A stretch of DNA of 64,000 bases from Thermodesulfobacteriota bacterium (GCA_034189385.1 JAXHVD010000011.1:64001-128000), one strand, 5' to 3'. Numbered from the stretch's first letter, positions 48,976-59,997 are shown. Program-made: numbers and translations. The notes: generated by a model not told the origin, from the sequence alone.

Positions 48976-50751
48976 ATGGACGAAAAAGATGAGAAGTTTC
49001 CAGACCCTAAAAAAGTCGAAAAAGAGATAAGCGATTTCCTTTCAGAAAAATTTGGGGGTCGCGTGAAACTCATTACCCCAATGGTCGTTCCCCGTGAAGA
49101 GGCCTTTGACACAGAAGAAGAGCCTCCCAAAAAGAAGAGGATCGACTTCTCATTAAAACCTGAAGAACTTGAGGCCTACCTTGACCAGTACCTCGTGAAA
49201 CAGGACGAGGCCAAGGCGATCTTGGCCACCAAGATCTGTACCCATTTCAATCGCATCAAGCATGCCCAATCGTCTGATCAGAATGCCCAACCCATACTGG
49301 GAAACATCAAGAACAACATCCTGATGATAGGGCCCACCGGTGTGGGCAAGACCTACGTGATCAAATTGATTGCCCAGAAGATCGGCGCGCCCTTTGTCAA
49401 GGGAGATGCCACGAAGTTCAGTGAGACCGGTTATGTGGGAGGGGACGTCGAAGATTTGGTACGGGACCTCGTGCGGGAAGCAGATGATGACATTGAGCTG
49501 GCCCAATATGGCATCATCTACATCGACGAGATTGACAAAATCGGGGCCTGCAACCACCTCATCGGGCCGGATGTTTCTCGCACCGGTGTTCAGCGCGCCC
49601 TGCTGAAGCCGATGGAAGAGACCGAGGTGGACTTGAAGGTGCCCCATGATCCCATATCCATGCTTGAGGAGGTAGAGCGTTACCGAAAGACCGGTAAGCG
49701 CAAGAAACGGGTCGTCAACACCAAGAACATCCTCTTCATCATGAGCGGCGCCTTTAACGAACTGGCAGAGATCATTAGAAAGCGGGTGGCCGATCAGGGG
49801 ATGGGATTTGGGGCGGTCGTCAAGAGCCGTTTGGACGCATTGGACTACCTGCAGTATACCAAACCAGAGGACCTCATCAAGTTTGGATTCGAAACGGAGT
49901 TCATCGGTCGCCTGCCGGTGATCTCGCTATTTGAAAAACTCAGTGAAGAGGACCTTTTTGCCATTCTAAAGAACCCGAACAACCCTGTGATTCTTAGCAA
50001 GAAGCTCGACTTCAAGGCCTATGGAATAGATGTCAAGTTCGATGTCTCGGCACTGCGAGCCATGGCCCGCCTTGCCTGTAAAGAGGGAACAGGGGCTCGC
50101 GCACTCGTGAGCGTCATTGAAAAGGCTTTGCTGAAGTTTGAGAAAAGGCTTCCTTCGACGGATGTAAAGAAGCTTCCAATAACTAAAGACGTGGTAAATG
50201 ATCCCTCAAAGGCGCTTCAGGAGATCGTCTCCGAGTCCAATAGGGACAAGTGGAATAAACTTCACGAGAAACTCGTGGAAGAGGAGAAGAAATCCATTGC
50301 AGCGTATGTGGAGGAACACCAAGGGCCCCTTGCCGACAAATACCACATGGCCTTGACACCTTCCAGGATTCGTCTGATTGCCGACATCTATGCCCTGAGC
50401 ACATGCGATGTGAACACAGTGATGGATGCCATCAGAGAGCGCCTGGATAAGATTGAAAACATGGAGGCCTACTTCCGCAAGACCCATGAGCTGGATGTAG
50501 CACTCGATGAAGAGGCTAAAGATATGGTGATCCTACAGATGAGCACTTCTGAAGGAGCCCTTGGAAATGTTTATAAGAGACTGACGTCGGACTTTGAGGA
50601 TGGGCTTAAGCTTATCCGCGATAGAACCGGCAGGAAGGCTTTTGTTATCTCTAAAGAAGGGCTGGAAGACCCAGAGGGTTTTCTAGGGTCTTTGATCAAA
50701 AGCATGTATCCCGACGATAGCGGGCCCCATTCAGAGGTGAAAAGCCAATAG
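48976..50751 (+). CDS. ClpX-like AAA+ ATPase, no N-terminal zinc finger, long C-terminal extension
   Basis: KNNILMIGPTGVGKT, DATKFSETGYVGGDVE, IYIDEIDKI, GVQRALLK, MGF loop, EFIGRLP, TGARAL. Confidence 0.88.
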   Translation: MDEKDEKFPDPKKVEKEISDFLSEKFGGRVKLITPMVVPREEAFDTEEEPPKKKRIDFSLKPEELEAYLDQYLVKQDEAKAILATKICTHFNRIKHAQSSDQNAQPILGNIKNNILMIGPTGVGKTYVIKLIAQKIGAPFVKGDATKFSETGYVGGDVEDLVRDLVREADDDIELAQYGIIYIDEIDKIGACNHLIGPDVSRTGVQRALLKPMEETEVDLKVPHDPISMLEEVERYRKTGKRKKRVVNTKNILFIMSGAFNELAEIIRKRVADQGMGFGAVVKSRLDALDYLQYTKPEDLIKFGFETEFIGRLPVISLFEKLSEEDLFAILKNPNNPVILSKKLDFKAYGIDVKFDVSALRAMARLACKEGTGARALVSVIEKALLKFEKRLPSTDVKKLPITKDVVNDPSKALQEIVSESNRDKWNKLHEKLVEEEKKSIAAYVEEHQGPLADKYHMALTPSRIRLIADIYALSTCDVNTVMDAIRERLDKIENMEAYFRKTHELDVALDEEAKDMVILQMSTSEGALGNVYKRLTSDFEDGLKLIRDRTGRKAFVISKEGLEDPEGFLGSLIKSMYPDDSGPHSEVKSQ

Positions 50752-50852
50752 GTCTGTTATCATTGTCCTTTGGATGCGGCTTCACGCCAGGGTTCTGCCC
50801 TCCAAGTCTATGGCGATCATGGATGACTGCAACTAATTAGAAGAGGTGCGCC

Positions 50853-51830
50853 ATGCTGTTTCCAGACTACAGGCCTAGACGGCTTCGGCAAAATGAGAAT
50901 TTCAGACGGATGATACGCGAAACACGACTTTCCGTTGATGACCTCATTCTACCCCTCTTTGCCGTAGAGGGAAAGGGTGTCAAAAACGCCATACCGTCTA
51001 TGCCAGGGCATTATCAGCTTTCTGCAGACCATATTGTCAAAGAGGTCAAGGTTGCCCGCGATCTGGGGATCCCTGCTGTGATGCTCTTTGGCATTCCCAA
51101 CAAGAAAGACGCCATGGGCACGGGCGCCTATGCAAAGAACGGCATCGTCCAGAAGACTGTCAAGAGGATAAAGGACAAGGTCTCAGACGTGGTGATCATC
51201 ACCGACGTGTGTCTTTGCGAGTATACTGATCACGGACACTGCGGCATGGTCCATGACGGCATCATTGCCAATGATGCCACCTTGGAGCTTCTGGCACGAA
51301 CGGCCCTTTCCCACGCCCAAGCAGGGGCAGACATGGTGGCTCCTTCAGACATGATGGACGGCCGTGTTGCGGAAATACGAGAGACCCTAGACGAAAATGG
51401 TTTTGAAAACACGCCCATCATGTCCTATGCTGCCAAGTACTGCTCGGCTTTTTATTACCCCTTCCGGCAGGCCGCTGAATCGGCCCCACAATTTGGAGAC
51501 CGGCGGACCTACCAGATGGACCCCCCCAATAGCCTGGAGGCTATTCGTGAAGTGAGTATGGACGTGGAAGAGGGCGCTGATATTATCATGGTCAAACCTG
51601 CCCTGCCCTATCTTGATATCATTTGCAGGGTTCGAGAGGAAGTGGATCTGCCAGTAGCAGCCTACAATGTCAGCGGAGAGTTCGCTATGGTCAAGGCTGC
51701 CGACAAGTTGGGGTGGTTAGACGGAAGAAAGGTGATGATGGAATGCCTGATGGGCATAAGGCGCGCTGGAGCAGATATGATTTTGACGTACTTTGCCAAA
51801 GAGGCGGCAAAGGAGCTTTCTAACGGGTGA
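50853..51830 (+). CDS. hemB: Porphobilinogen synthase
   Basis: [42 protein letters not shown]. Confidence 0.98.
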   Translation: MLFPDYRPRRLRQNENFRRMIRETRLSVDDLILPLFAVEGKGVKNAIPSMPGHYQLSADHIVKEVKVARDLGIPAVMLFGIPNKKDAMGTGAYAKNGIVQKTVKRIKDKVSDVVIITDVCLCEYTDHGHCGMVHDGIIANDATLELLARTALSHAQAGADMVAPSDMMDGRVAEIRETLDENGFENTPIMSYAAKYCSAFYYPFRQAAESAPQFGDRRTYQMDPPNSLEAIREVSMDVEEGADIIMVKPALPYLDIICRVREEVDLPVAAYNVSGEFAMVKAADKLGWLDGRKVMMECLMGIRRAGADMILTYFAKEAAKELSNG

Positions 51831-51849
51831 TATAGGAAAGGGGTTTCCA

Positions 51850-52956
51850 TTGAAAGAACATCCTCCAACAACGAATAGAACCCACGGTCAGGGTAATGAG
51901 AAGGGATCGGAGCTGCGACTTGTCGCCTGGGAGGTGACGCGCAACTGCAACCTAAACTGCATTCACTGTCGTGCTGCAGCCACCAGAGGACACCACGCAG
52001 GCGAACTGGATACAGAGGCCTGTTTCAGACTCCTGGACCAGATCAAGGAGGTGGGCAGGCCTGTGATTATCCTTACGGGCGGTGAGCCCCTTCTTCGGCC
52101 AGACATATTCGACATTGCGCGCTACGGTACAAAGCAGGGGTTGCGCATGGTCATGGCCCCCAATGGCACCCTCATCACCGAGGCCAATGCAAAGGAGATG
52201 GTGGCAGCAGGTATTCAAAGAATCAGCATCAGCCTGGACGGGGCCAACGAGGAAAGCCACGACCGCTTTCGCCAGGTGGATGGGGCCTTCCAGGGGGCAC
52301 TAAACGGCATCAAATGGGTCAAGAAGGCTGGCCTTGACTTTCAGATAAACACCACGATCACTCAGCAAAACTTCGAAGACCTGCCACGGATTCAGGAACT
52401 GGCCGTTGAGCTGGGGGCGGTGGCCCACCATATCTTTTTGCTTGTTCCAACGGGCAGGGGGAAATACATTGTAGATCAGGAAATTTCTGCCCAGCAGTAC
52501 GAAGAGACCCTCAACTGGTTTTATGACCAGAGGGACAAGGTGCCTCTCCAGCTGAAGGCCACCTGTGCCCCCCACTATTACAGGATATTGAGAGAGCGGG
52601 CCCGTGAGGAAGGCAAGAAGGTGACGTTTCAGACCCACGGCCTTGACGCCGTGACGCGAGGGTGTCTGGGAGGTACCAGCTTCTGCTTTGTCTCAAATAC
52701 CGGTGTGGTCCAGCCCTGTGGCTTTCTCGACCTCAATTGTGGCAATGTAAAGGAGACGCCTTTTCCCCGTATCTGGAAAGAAGCAGAGGTATTCCTGGCC
52801 CTGAGAGATTTCAATAGACTGAAGGGGAAGTGCGGTAGATGCGAGTACCGAAAGGTCTGTGGAGGGTGCCGTGCCAGGGCCTATGAGGCCACAGGCGACT
52901 TCCTTGCCGAAGAGCCCCTGTGCCAGTATCAGCCCAAAGGCACGCTTGGGGACTGA
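51850..52956 (+). CDS. ahbD: AdoMet-dependent heme b synthase (radical SAM/SPASM)
   Basis: WEVTRNCNLNCIHC, LKATCAPHYYR, RGCLGG, KGKCGRCEY..VCGGCRARA; follows hemB. Confidence 0.88.
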   Translation: MKEHPPTTNRTHGQGNEKGSELRLVAWEVTRNCNLNCIHCRAAATRGHHAGELDTEACFRLLDQIKEVGRPVIILTGGEPLLRPDIFDIARYGTKQGLRMVMAPNGTLITEANAKEMVAAGIQRISISLDGANEESHDRFRQVDGAFQGALNGIKWVKKAGLDFQINTTITQQNFEDLPRIQELAVELGAVAHHIFLLVPTGRGKYIVDQEISAQQYEETLNWFYDQRDKVPLQLKATCAPHYYRILRERAREEGKKVTFQTHGLDAVTRGCLGGTSFCFVSNTGVVQPCGFLDLNCGNVKETPFPRIWKEAEVFLALRDFNRLKGKCGRCEYRKVCGGCRARAYEATGDFLAEEPLCQYQPKGTLGD

Positions 52957-53093
52957 GACATCTTTTTAAGGCCTTAGAAAGATCTTCTTTCCCGGCACAA
53001 GGATTCATCCCCGGCCTCTGGCCCAACGGGCAGGACCCGGCATGAATTCTTGACAGGGAAAAGACATAGTGTTAGAAACACTTCCACAGTTGG

Positions 53094-53171
<78 letters not shown>

Positions 53172-53201
53172 TACATGAAGTAAAATCAATAAGTTCTGAA
53201 G

Positions 53202-53239
53202 AGCCAAGACCTACTTTTCTGTGGGTTTTGGCTTTTTTT
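53202..53239 (+). terminator. Terminator after tRNA-Pro
   Basis: AGCCAAGACCTAC-TTTTCT-GTGGGTTTTGGCT then T-run. Confidence 0.75.
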
Positions 53240-53297
53240 GTGGCTTTGTGTAACCTACTTTTCTTCTGGACTATTTTCGCAGGATGTAAGTTTCTGA

Positions 53298-54650
53298 GAT
53301 AACGTATAAAATTTTTCGCACATTTTGAGGCGGTGGCCTCAATATGGTTAAATGGGAGTTGCAAGACTAACCGTTTAACCAGGGAAGGAGGCCACCATGT
53401 CAGACAGTGTATCGAAAAAGCTCGGAAAAGTCATCCAGATCGATGAGGACCAGATCCAACAGCACCTGGGAGACTTGGTGCGCGGCACCGTAGAAGAGAC
53501 GCTGAACAAGCTTCTGGATGCCGAAGCAGATCAGCTATGCAATGCTACTCGTTACGAGCGAACCGAGGCTCGTCAAGATACCCGAGCGGGTCATTACAGA
53601 CGCAGGCTTCACACCAAGGCTGGTGAGGTGGAGTTGAAGGTGCCCAAATTACGTGAGCAAAAGTTTGAAACGGCTATTATCGAACGCTACAGGCGCCGGG
53701 AGTCGTCGGTGGAGGAGGCCCTGATCGAGATGTATTTAGCCGGAGTTTCAGTTCGCCGTGTTGAAGACATCACCCAGGCCCTGTGGGGAACCCGTGTCAG
53801 CCCAGGCACGGTCAGCAACTTAAACAAGAAGATCTACGCTCGCATTGAAAAGTGGCGCAACCGGCCTATTGAAGGGCAGTTCCCCTATGTTTATCTCGAC
53901 GGCATCGTTTTAAAGCGCACATGGGCCGACCAAGTGGCCAATGTGTCCGTATTAGTGGCCATTGGAGTCGCTGACGATGGATACCGCCAGATCCTGGGAG
54001 TTTGTGAAGGTGCCAAGGAGGACAAGGCCGGCTGGAGTGGCTTTCTACGGCATTTAAAAAAGCGTGGCCTGTCCAAGGTTCAGCTTTTTGTCAGCGATGC
54101 CTGCCTGGGGCTGATCGAGTCGATCCACGAGTTTTACCCGGACAGCAGGTGGCAGCGTTGCATCGTGCATTTTTATAGAAACGTTTTCACGATGGTTCCC
54201 CGCGGAAAGGTCAAGCATGTGGCGAGGATGCTAAAGGCCATTCACGCCTCTGAGGATCGTCCTGCAGCAAAGGAAAAGGCCAGGGCTGTTATCCAGAAAC
54301 TCAAGGATCAGAAGCTTTCCGGAGCTGCAAAGAAGATAGAAGACAGCATTGACGAGACCTTAACGTACTATGATTTTCCAAGTGCCCACTGGCGTCGGAT
54401 CCGCACGAACAATCCTCTGGAGCGCATCCTGCGGGAGGTGAGACGACGAACCCGCGTAGTAGGTGCCTTTCCTGATGGTAATTCTGCCCTCATGCTGGTG
54501 GCAGCTCGCCTGCGCCACATCGCCGGCACCCGGTGGGGAACCAGACGGTATCTCAATATGCAATTACTAACCCAAGTGAACAGAGAGGAAGAATTTGCTG
54601 CTTAACCACATGGCCACCGCACAAAAGTGCGAAAGATTCTTGACAGTACC
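53298..54650 (+). mobile_element. IS256-family insertion sequence, 1353 bp
   Basis: Imperfect approx. 40-bp IRs (GATAACGTATAAAATTTTTCGCACATTTTGAGGCGGTGGCC / GGCCACCGCACAAAAGTGCGAAAGATTCTTGACAGTACC); 8-bp TSD GTTTCTGA at 53290-53297 and 54651-54658. Confidence 0.96.
53397..54605 (+). CDS. IS256-family DDE transposase
   Basis: EMYLAGVSVRRV, YLDG, VSD, QRCIVHF, RTNNPLER. Confidence 0.97.
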   Translation: MSDSVSKKLGKVIQIDEDQIQQHLGDLVRGTVEETLNKLLDAEADQLCNATRYERTEARQDTRAGHYRRRLHTKAGEVELKVPKLREQKFETAIIERYRRRESSVEEALIEMYLAGVSVRRVEDITQALWGTRVSPGTVSNLNKKIYARIEKWRNRPIEGQFPYVYLDGIVLKRTWADQVANVSVLVAIGVADDGYRQILGVCEGAKEDKAGWSGFLRHLKKRGLSKVQLFVSDACLGLIESIHEFYPDSRWQRCIVHFYRNVFTMVPRGKVKHVARMLKAIHASEDRPAAKEKARAVIQKLKDQKLSGAAKKIEDSIDETLTYYDFPSAHWRRIRTNNPLERILREVRRRTRVVGAFPDGNSALMLVAARLRHIAGTRWGTRRYLNMQLLTQVNREEEFAA

Positions 54651-54748
54651 GTTTCTGAAATTAAAGCATCCGATTCTTCAAAGAATTCGCTTGGCCTTCC
54701 CTCTTGTCGACAATTTCCCGCTTTGACAGCATGTTACCACACATTTGT

Positions 54749-54775
54749 CTGAAAGGCGCTTTTTGCGCCTTTCAG
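54749..54775. terminator. Perfect 11-bp hairpin, possible terminator
   Basis: CTGAAAGGCGC-TTTTT-GCGCCTTTCAG; no U-tract. Confidence 0.4.
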
Positions 54776-55309
54776 GGACGCCTTAGGATCGCTTCAGGCC
54801 TGGTGTCACTCGCACTTCTCACTCAGAATCACTGCTCTCCCGACAGTACAACCCACACCGTGGCTGGAATGTCGAAACAACTATGGCCCACGGTCTTCTT
54901 TCACCAAGCTGCTCGTGCGTTCGAATGCAATTTGCCATATGCCACATAAACGACTTTGCTTCCAGTGTGTTATATAACGGGCAATAATCCAACCTCGGCG
55001 ACACCGCTTTTATAAGTTTCGTCTGGGAAGGTTTTGCCTTCTCCGTTTTAGCTCTCCGGGCGTGATGATCTTGTCCAGAAATAGCAAGTATCATCTTTCT
55101 CATTCATTCCGCTCAAGGCCTTTCTCCTTCGAAAACTACTCTGTGTGTAGTATTGGGGCTACCCTCCTTGGCGAAATAGGGTCTTAAAATAGAGAAATTA
55201 CATGTTTTACCCCATTGATTCTTCAGTGCTTCAAACATAATTAATTGAATTCACACTGGTTGCTCCCTGTGCGTTGGGATTGACGTTTGAAAGTGCCTTT
55301 AGATTGCCA

Positions 55310-55506
55310 TTGAACCCTCCCCGTGGCCTGCGAAGCACTGCCAACGGGCAGAACCCACTGGGAATGTTCTCCCTCACGGGAGATCTCCGCAGCACCGTAA
55401 GGTTGTTCTCTTTTTAACTATAGGCTCGCTAACCCCACAGCCTGCGCCGCGCTAGCACTGCCAACGGGCAGAACCTTCGGGGAATGCGCTCGCTTATTCG
55501 GTTCAA
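55310..55506. repeat. TTGAA hairpin element, copy D, double-hairpin form
   Basis: TTGAACC...GGTTCAA ends; direct repeat AGCACTGCCAACGGGCAGAACC at 55334-55355 and 55454-55475. Confidence 0.8.
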
Positions 55507-55654
55507 GAACTGGCAAGGGGTGTGATGGTATGTTCAGATTCCAATCGACTCTAGTCTTTCTGTTGGCCATGTGTGTAACTTGTTGACCCTGCAGCCGTTT
55601 GTGCCTTGTTTAGGTCAAGAATTGAGCAAATGTCATAGACTTGGAGGTGTGTCC

Positions 55655-56785
55655 ATGGTCACTAAATATGCTCCTAGACGTTACCTGAGCTGGCTGGCTA
55701 ACGCCTGCTTGGCTCTTCTTGTGGTTATAGCCGTTTTGGGCTGTGAAAAAGAGGAACGGCCGCCGGAAATCATTCGAACTGTCAAGTGGATGAAAGTGTC
55801 TGCCACGGGAGCCACCATCGTCCGGAGAATCTCTGGGGTGGTCAAGGCCGTGGATGAAACCTATCTCAGCTTTGCTGTCGGGGGAACGGTGGAAAAGGTG
55901 AGTGTTAAACTTGGGGATCGGGTTCGAGAAAACGATGTCCTCGCTGTATTGGATACCCAGCCCTTTGACCTGGCGGTCCGTAACGCCGAAGCAGAACTTA
56001 AGAAAGCCGAGGCCCAGGTCATAGAAAGGCGGGCAAATTATGAGCGAATCAGCGCTCTTTATGAATCCAATAATGCGAGCAAGGCAGAGCTGGATGAAGC
56101 CCGCGCTAGCTTCGACAGTGCAAAGAGCCAGGTGAAAGCAGGAAAAGCGAATCTTGGACTGGCCCTGCGGGATCTGAGCAAGACATCTCTCAAGGCACCA
56201 TACAAAGGGATCGTATCACTGAAAGAGATCGAACCGTTTGTGGAGGTCAAAGCTGGGCAATCTATTTTTGGGCTGGATGGAGTCGAAAGTGGGTTTGAGG
56301 TCTCTGTGGCTGTCCCGGAGAACCTCGTGATCCGTATTTCCTCAGGCCAGAAAGCAGATGTGTACTTTCAGACCCTGCAAAATCGTGTCGTTTCGGGGGT
56401 CGTCACAGAGGTGGGTACAAGGTCGCAAACGGCAAATACCTACCCAGTCATGGTAAGACTCGATGAACAGTTTTCAGAACTCAGATCCGGCATGTCCGTA
56501 GAGGTTGTTTTCGAATATGGAGCCAGATCAGAGACAGGAGAATCCATCGATAAGGGCTTCCAAGTTCCTGTCACGGCAATCCTCGCGGGACCGAGCGACG
56601 AGCACTTTGTGTTCGTTTATAATGAAAGCACGTCCATGGTTGAAAAGAGGCCCGTGGAAGGCGTCACGGTTCATGGAAACGATGTGATACTAAAGACCGG
56701 CGTGAAGGACGGGGATATTGTGGTAACTGCCGGGGTGGAGTTCTTAAATGACCAGCAGAAAGTCAAATTGATGGAGACTAAGTAG
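55655..56785 (+). CDS. RND efflux periplasmic adaptor (lipoprotein)
   Basis: Lipobox VLGC; LSFAVGGTV..V.VKLGDRV, LKAPYKGIV, LRSGMSV. Confidence 0.94.
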   Translation: MVTKYAPRRYLSWLANACLALLVVIAVLGCEKEERPPEIIRTVKWMKVSATGATIVRRISGVVKAVDETYLSFAVGGTVEKVSVKLGDRVRENDVLAVLDTQPFDLAVRNAEAELKKAEAQVIERRANYERISALYESNNASKAELDEARASFDSAKSQVKAGKANLGLALRDLSKTSLKAPYKGIVSLKEIEPFVEVKAGQSIFGLDGVESGFEVSVAVPENLVIRISSGQKADVYFQTLQNRVVSGVVTEVGTRSQTANTYPVMVRLDEQFSELRSGMSVEVVFEYGARSETGESIDKGFQVPVTAILAGPSDEHFVFVYNESTSMVEKRPVEGVTVHGNDVILKTGVKDGDIVVTAGVEFLNDQQKVKLMETK

Positions 56786-56794
56786 GGAGGGCCT

Positions 56795-59700
56795 ATGAAC
56801 CTGACCGGCTTTTCTCTCAAAAATGCTCGTTTCGTCATGCTGCTGGTGGGGCTGTTGGCGGCCGCCGGTATCGCCATGTACACGAATTTTCCGAGCAAGG
56901 AAGACGCCGTCATCACCATTCGGGATGCGGTGGTTACCACGTACTATCCCGGCATGTCCCCCCGGCGCATGGAAGACCTCGTCACCCGTAAGGTGGAGGA
57001 GTACATCCGCCAGATCCCGGAAGTGGAAGACATCTACGATGCCAAATCCACCACCGGCATGTCTATTGTCTATGTGAATGTGTACGATAAATTTTTCGAC
57101 ATGCAACCCATCTGGCAGGACCTCCGGAACAAGATGAATGACGTAAAGGGGGAATTGCCGGAAGGGACCATCGGTCCTTTTGTCAACGATGAGTTCGGGG
57201 ATGTGTCGGTAATCCTCGGCGCGCTGACTGCCAAAGGGTTCTCCATGGCTGAGATGCGCGATGTGGCCCGTGACCTCCGGGACGATCTCTATACCATTGA
57301 CGGCATCCGTAAGGTCACCCTTCATGGTGTACAGAAGGAAAGGGTCTTTCTGGAAATGACCAACGCTCGCTTGGCACAATACGGTTTAAGCCCCGGCGAG
57401 TTGGGGCGGATCCTGAGGCAGCAAAACATCATCCTACCAGGGGGGGCCATCGACACCGGGGCCTTGGAAATGGTCGTGGAGCCTTCAGGAAGCTTCCGCA
57501 ATGTGGAAGATATCGAAAACGTGGTGATCAAGCTTCCGGGATCCAAGGAGGTGGCCTATCTCCGCGACATCGTCAAAGTAAAACGGGCCTATGTGGACCC
57601 TCCTGCCAACAAGGCCTACTTCAATGGGAGCCCTGCCATTATTCTGGCCATAGAACAGATGGAGAAAGGGGTTAATGTCCTGGAATTCAGCCCCCGGGTG
57701 AAAACGCGGCTCGAAGAATGGCAGACGCGACTTCCTTTGGGTTACAAACTGGACATTGCCCATTATCAGGCGGATTATGTGGAAGAGTCCGTAAGTGGCG
57801 TTGAAATAAATCTTTTGCAGACACTGGTTACGGTTCTCATCGTGGTCATGCTTTTTTTGGGTTGGCGGACCGGTTTGATCGTGGGCTCGGTCGTTCCGCT
57901 AACCATGATTCTTTCCATCGTGGTGATGGGAGTCATTGAGCTGGAACTTCATCGCATCACCCTGGCCACCATGATCATATCTCTGGGCCTGCTCGTGGAC
58001 AACGGCATCGTGATAGCCGAAGAAATCGGAAGGCGTATGCTGGAGGGAGAAAGCCGGCAAGACGCATGCATAAATGCCGGTAAGGCCCTTGCCCTGCCCC
58101 TTTTGACTTCGTCGTTGACAACGATCCTGGCCTTTGTACCCCTGGCCATGGCACCGAATGCTACAGGGGAATACCTGAGTTCCATGGCAAAGGTTATAGC
58201 GATTACCCTGCTTACGTCATGGGTTCTCGCTACCTGTGTAACGCCCCTCATGTGCTACAAATTTTTAAAACCAAAGACTCTGACGGACGAAGAAATCAAG
58301 GCCCAGTATGAACGACCCATGTACCAGAAGTACAAGGGTTTTCTGGTCTTTATCATGCGACAAAAGGTGCTGTTTCTCATCGTCGTAGCCGGTATGATGG
58401 TCGGTTCTGTCATGCTGATGAAATTGGTGAGAAAACAGTTCATGCCCGACGCAGAAAGAAACCAGTTCATGGTCTATCTGGATGTCCCGGCAGGTTACGG
58501 GACCAATGCAACGGATCAAACGGTTAAGCGATTTCTTAATTGGCTTCACGACAAGGAGATAAATCCGGAAGTTGAGGCAAGCCTTGCTTACGTGGGTTAC
58601 GGCGGCCCCCGTTTCTTTCAGACATTCGGGCCTCGATCGGCGGCTTCCAATATTTCGTATGTATTGGTTAGCACCAAAGAATGGGAATCTGTCCTGCCGG
58701 CGGTTGACAAAACGAGGAATTATCTCAGTGAGAAATTTCCCGAAGCCTACGGCCGTGTGAAAAAATTCTGGATGGGCGCCAACGAGACGGGATTGGTGGA
58801 AGTTCGGATTTCCGGGCCGCAGCATGACGTCATATATGAAGCTGGAGAACGGGTGATGGCTGCGCTTCGGAGCATCCCCGGAACAACGGACATTTATAAC
58901 GACTGGGAGAACCGTGTTACGAAAGTCGCGGTAGAAATCGACCAGCCACGAGCCAGACGAGCCGGTGTCTCATCTGAGGAGATTGCCGACAGCCTTAATG
59001 CCTTTTTCAGCGGTACGGCCATCACAGACTACCGGGAAGGCGACAAGGTCATTCCCATCGTGTTCCGCGCTGAAGGGGTGGAGCGCAAGACCATCGAAAG
59101 GCTGCGCACCGTGGATGTCTATTCCTCCATAAACAAGGTAAACGTGCCTTTGATGCAGGTAGCGGATCTCAAGGGAGTAACCGAGTACAGTCAGATTATG
59201 CGCCGGAACCTTCTGCCGACGGTCACCATCGAAGCCAAGCACGCGTGGCTCCAGGCGGCAGAGTTGGAGGCAGCCCTCATACCGAAGCTCAAGGAGATCA
59301 TGAAGGATCTGCCGCAAGGCCATTTCTGGGAGTTCGGCGGAGAGTCTGAAAATTCAGCCAACGCGCAAAAGGCATTGGCCATATTTATACCACATGCCCT
59401 GGGGGCCATGTTTTTACTCATGGTCTGGCAATTCAACTCCTATGCCAAACCTGCTATTATCTTCATCACCATCCCCCTGGTCCTCATAGGTGCAGCTCCG
59501 GGAATGCTAATTACCCGTGCATTTTTCGGTTTCATGGCCATTCTTGGTTTCCTTAGTTTAGCGGGCATTATCATAAACAACGCCATCGTGTTACTCGAAT
59601 CGATGCAGAACGAGATCGATGATGGTGCAAGGCCATATGACGCCATCCTTACGGCGTGCCTGACCCGCTTCAAACCGGTCTTCATGACGACGTTGACGAC

Positions 59701-59863
59701 CATCCTGGGTCTTTTGTCCTTGATGATCCCCCCGGACCCGTTGTTTTTTGCCATGGGCGTCGTGATCAGCTTCGGTCTTGGTGCGGGCACAGTGCTGACC
59801 CTGGCGGTGGTTCCAGTGCTCTATGCGCTCTTGTTCAGGGTGCAGATTCCAAAAGGCGGGTAG
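56795..59863 (+). CDS. RND efflux permease (AcrB family)
   Basis: 1022 aa; LGLLVDNGIV, GIIINNAIVL, RFKPVFMTTLTT. Confidence 0.96.
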   Translation: MNLTGFSLKNARFVMLLVGLLAAAGIAMYTNFPSKEDAVITIRDAVVTTYYPGMSPRRMEDLVTRKVEEYIRQIPEVEDIYDAKSTTGMSIVYVNVYDKFFDMQPIWQDLRNKMNDVKGELPEGTIGPFVNDEFGDVSVILGALTAKGFSMAEMRDVARDLRDDLYTIDGIRKVTLHGVQKERVFLEMTNARLAQYGLSPGELGRILRQQNIILPGGAIDTGALEMVVEPSGSFRNVEDIENVVIKLPGSKEVAYLRDIVKVKRAYVDPPANKAYFNGSPAIILAIEQMEKGVNVLEFSPRVKTRLEEWQTRLPLGYKLDIAHYQADYVEESVSGVEINLLQTLVTVLIVVMLFLGWRTGLIVGSVVPLTMILSIVVMGVIELELHRITLATMIISLGLLVDNGIVIAEEIGRRMLEGESRQDACINAGKALALPLLTSSLTTILAFVPLAMAPNATGEYLSSMAKVIAITLLTSWVLATCVTPLMCYKFLKPKTLTDEEIKAQYERPMYQKYKGFLVFIMRQKVLFLIVVAGMMVGSVMLMKLVRKQFMPDAERNQFMVYLDVPAGYGTNATDQTVKRFLNWLHDKEINPEVEASLAYVGYGGPRFFQTFGPRSAASNISYVLVSTKEWESVLPAVDKTRNYLSEKFPEAYGRVKKFWMGANETGLVEVRISGPQHDVIYEAGERVMAALRSIPGTTDIYNDWENRVTKVAVEIDQPRARRAGVSSEEIADSLNAFFSGTAITDYREGDKVIPIVFRAEGVERKTIERLRTVDVYSSINKVNVPLMQVADLKGVTEYSQIMRRNLLPTVTIEAKHAWLQAAELEAALIPKLKEIMKDLPQGHFWEFGGESENSANAQKALAIFIPHALGAMFLLMVWQFNSYAKPAIIFITIPLVLIGAAPGMLITRAFFGFMAILGFLSLAGIIINNAIVLLESMQNEIDDGARPYDAILTACLTRFKPVFMTTLTTILGLLSLMIPPDPLFFAMGVVISFGLGAGTVLTLAVVPVLYALLFRVQIPKGG

Positions 59864-59874
59864 TCTGATGGGCG

Positions 59875-59997
59875 GGGCAATGGAGCAATGGTGTGTTGGA
59901 GTAGTGGAATGTAAAGTGGTCAGAGTTCAGGAGTTGCTAAACCCTTCGGCGTATTCCAAGGCCCATTCTGAATTCTGACTCCTGATTCCTGACTACT
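59875..59997. repeat. Intergenic element with degenerate 8-mer and complementary 7-mer tandem arms
   Basis: TGGAGCAA-TGGTGTGT-TGGAGTAG-TGG; GTCAGAGTTCAGGAGT vs ATTCTGAATTCTGACTCCTGATTCCTGACT. Confidence 0.65.

Noticed and set aside
54819..55103. 94-aa minus-strand ORF
   Set aside because: No recognisable features; cannot be supported.
55334..55475. 22-bp direct repeat as a mini-CRISPR
   Set aside because: Only two units with a 98-bp gap, no cas genes; part of the hairpin repeat family.
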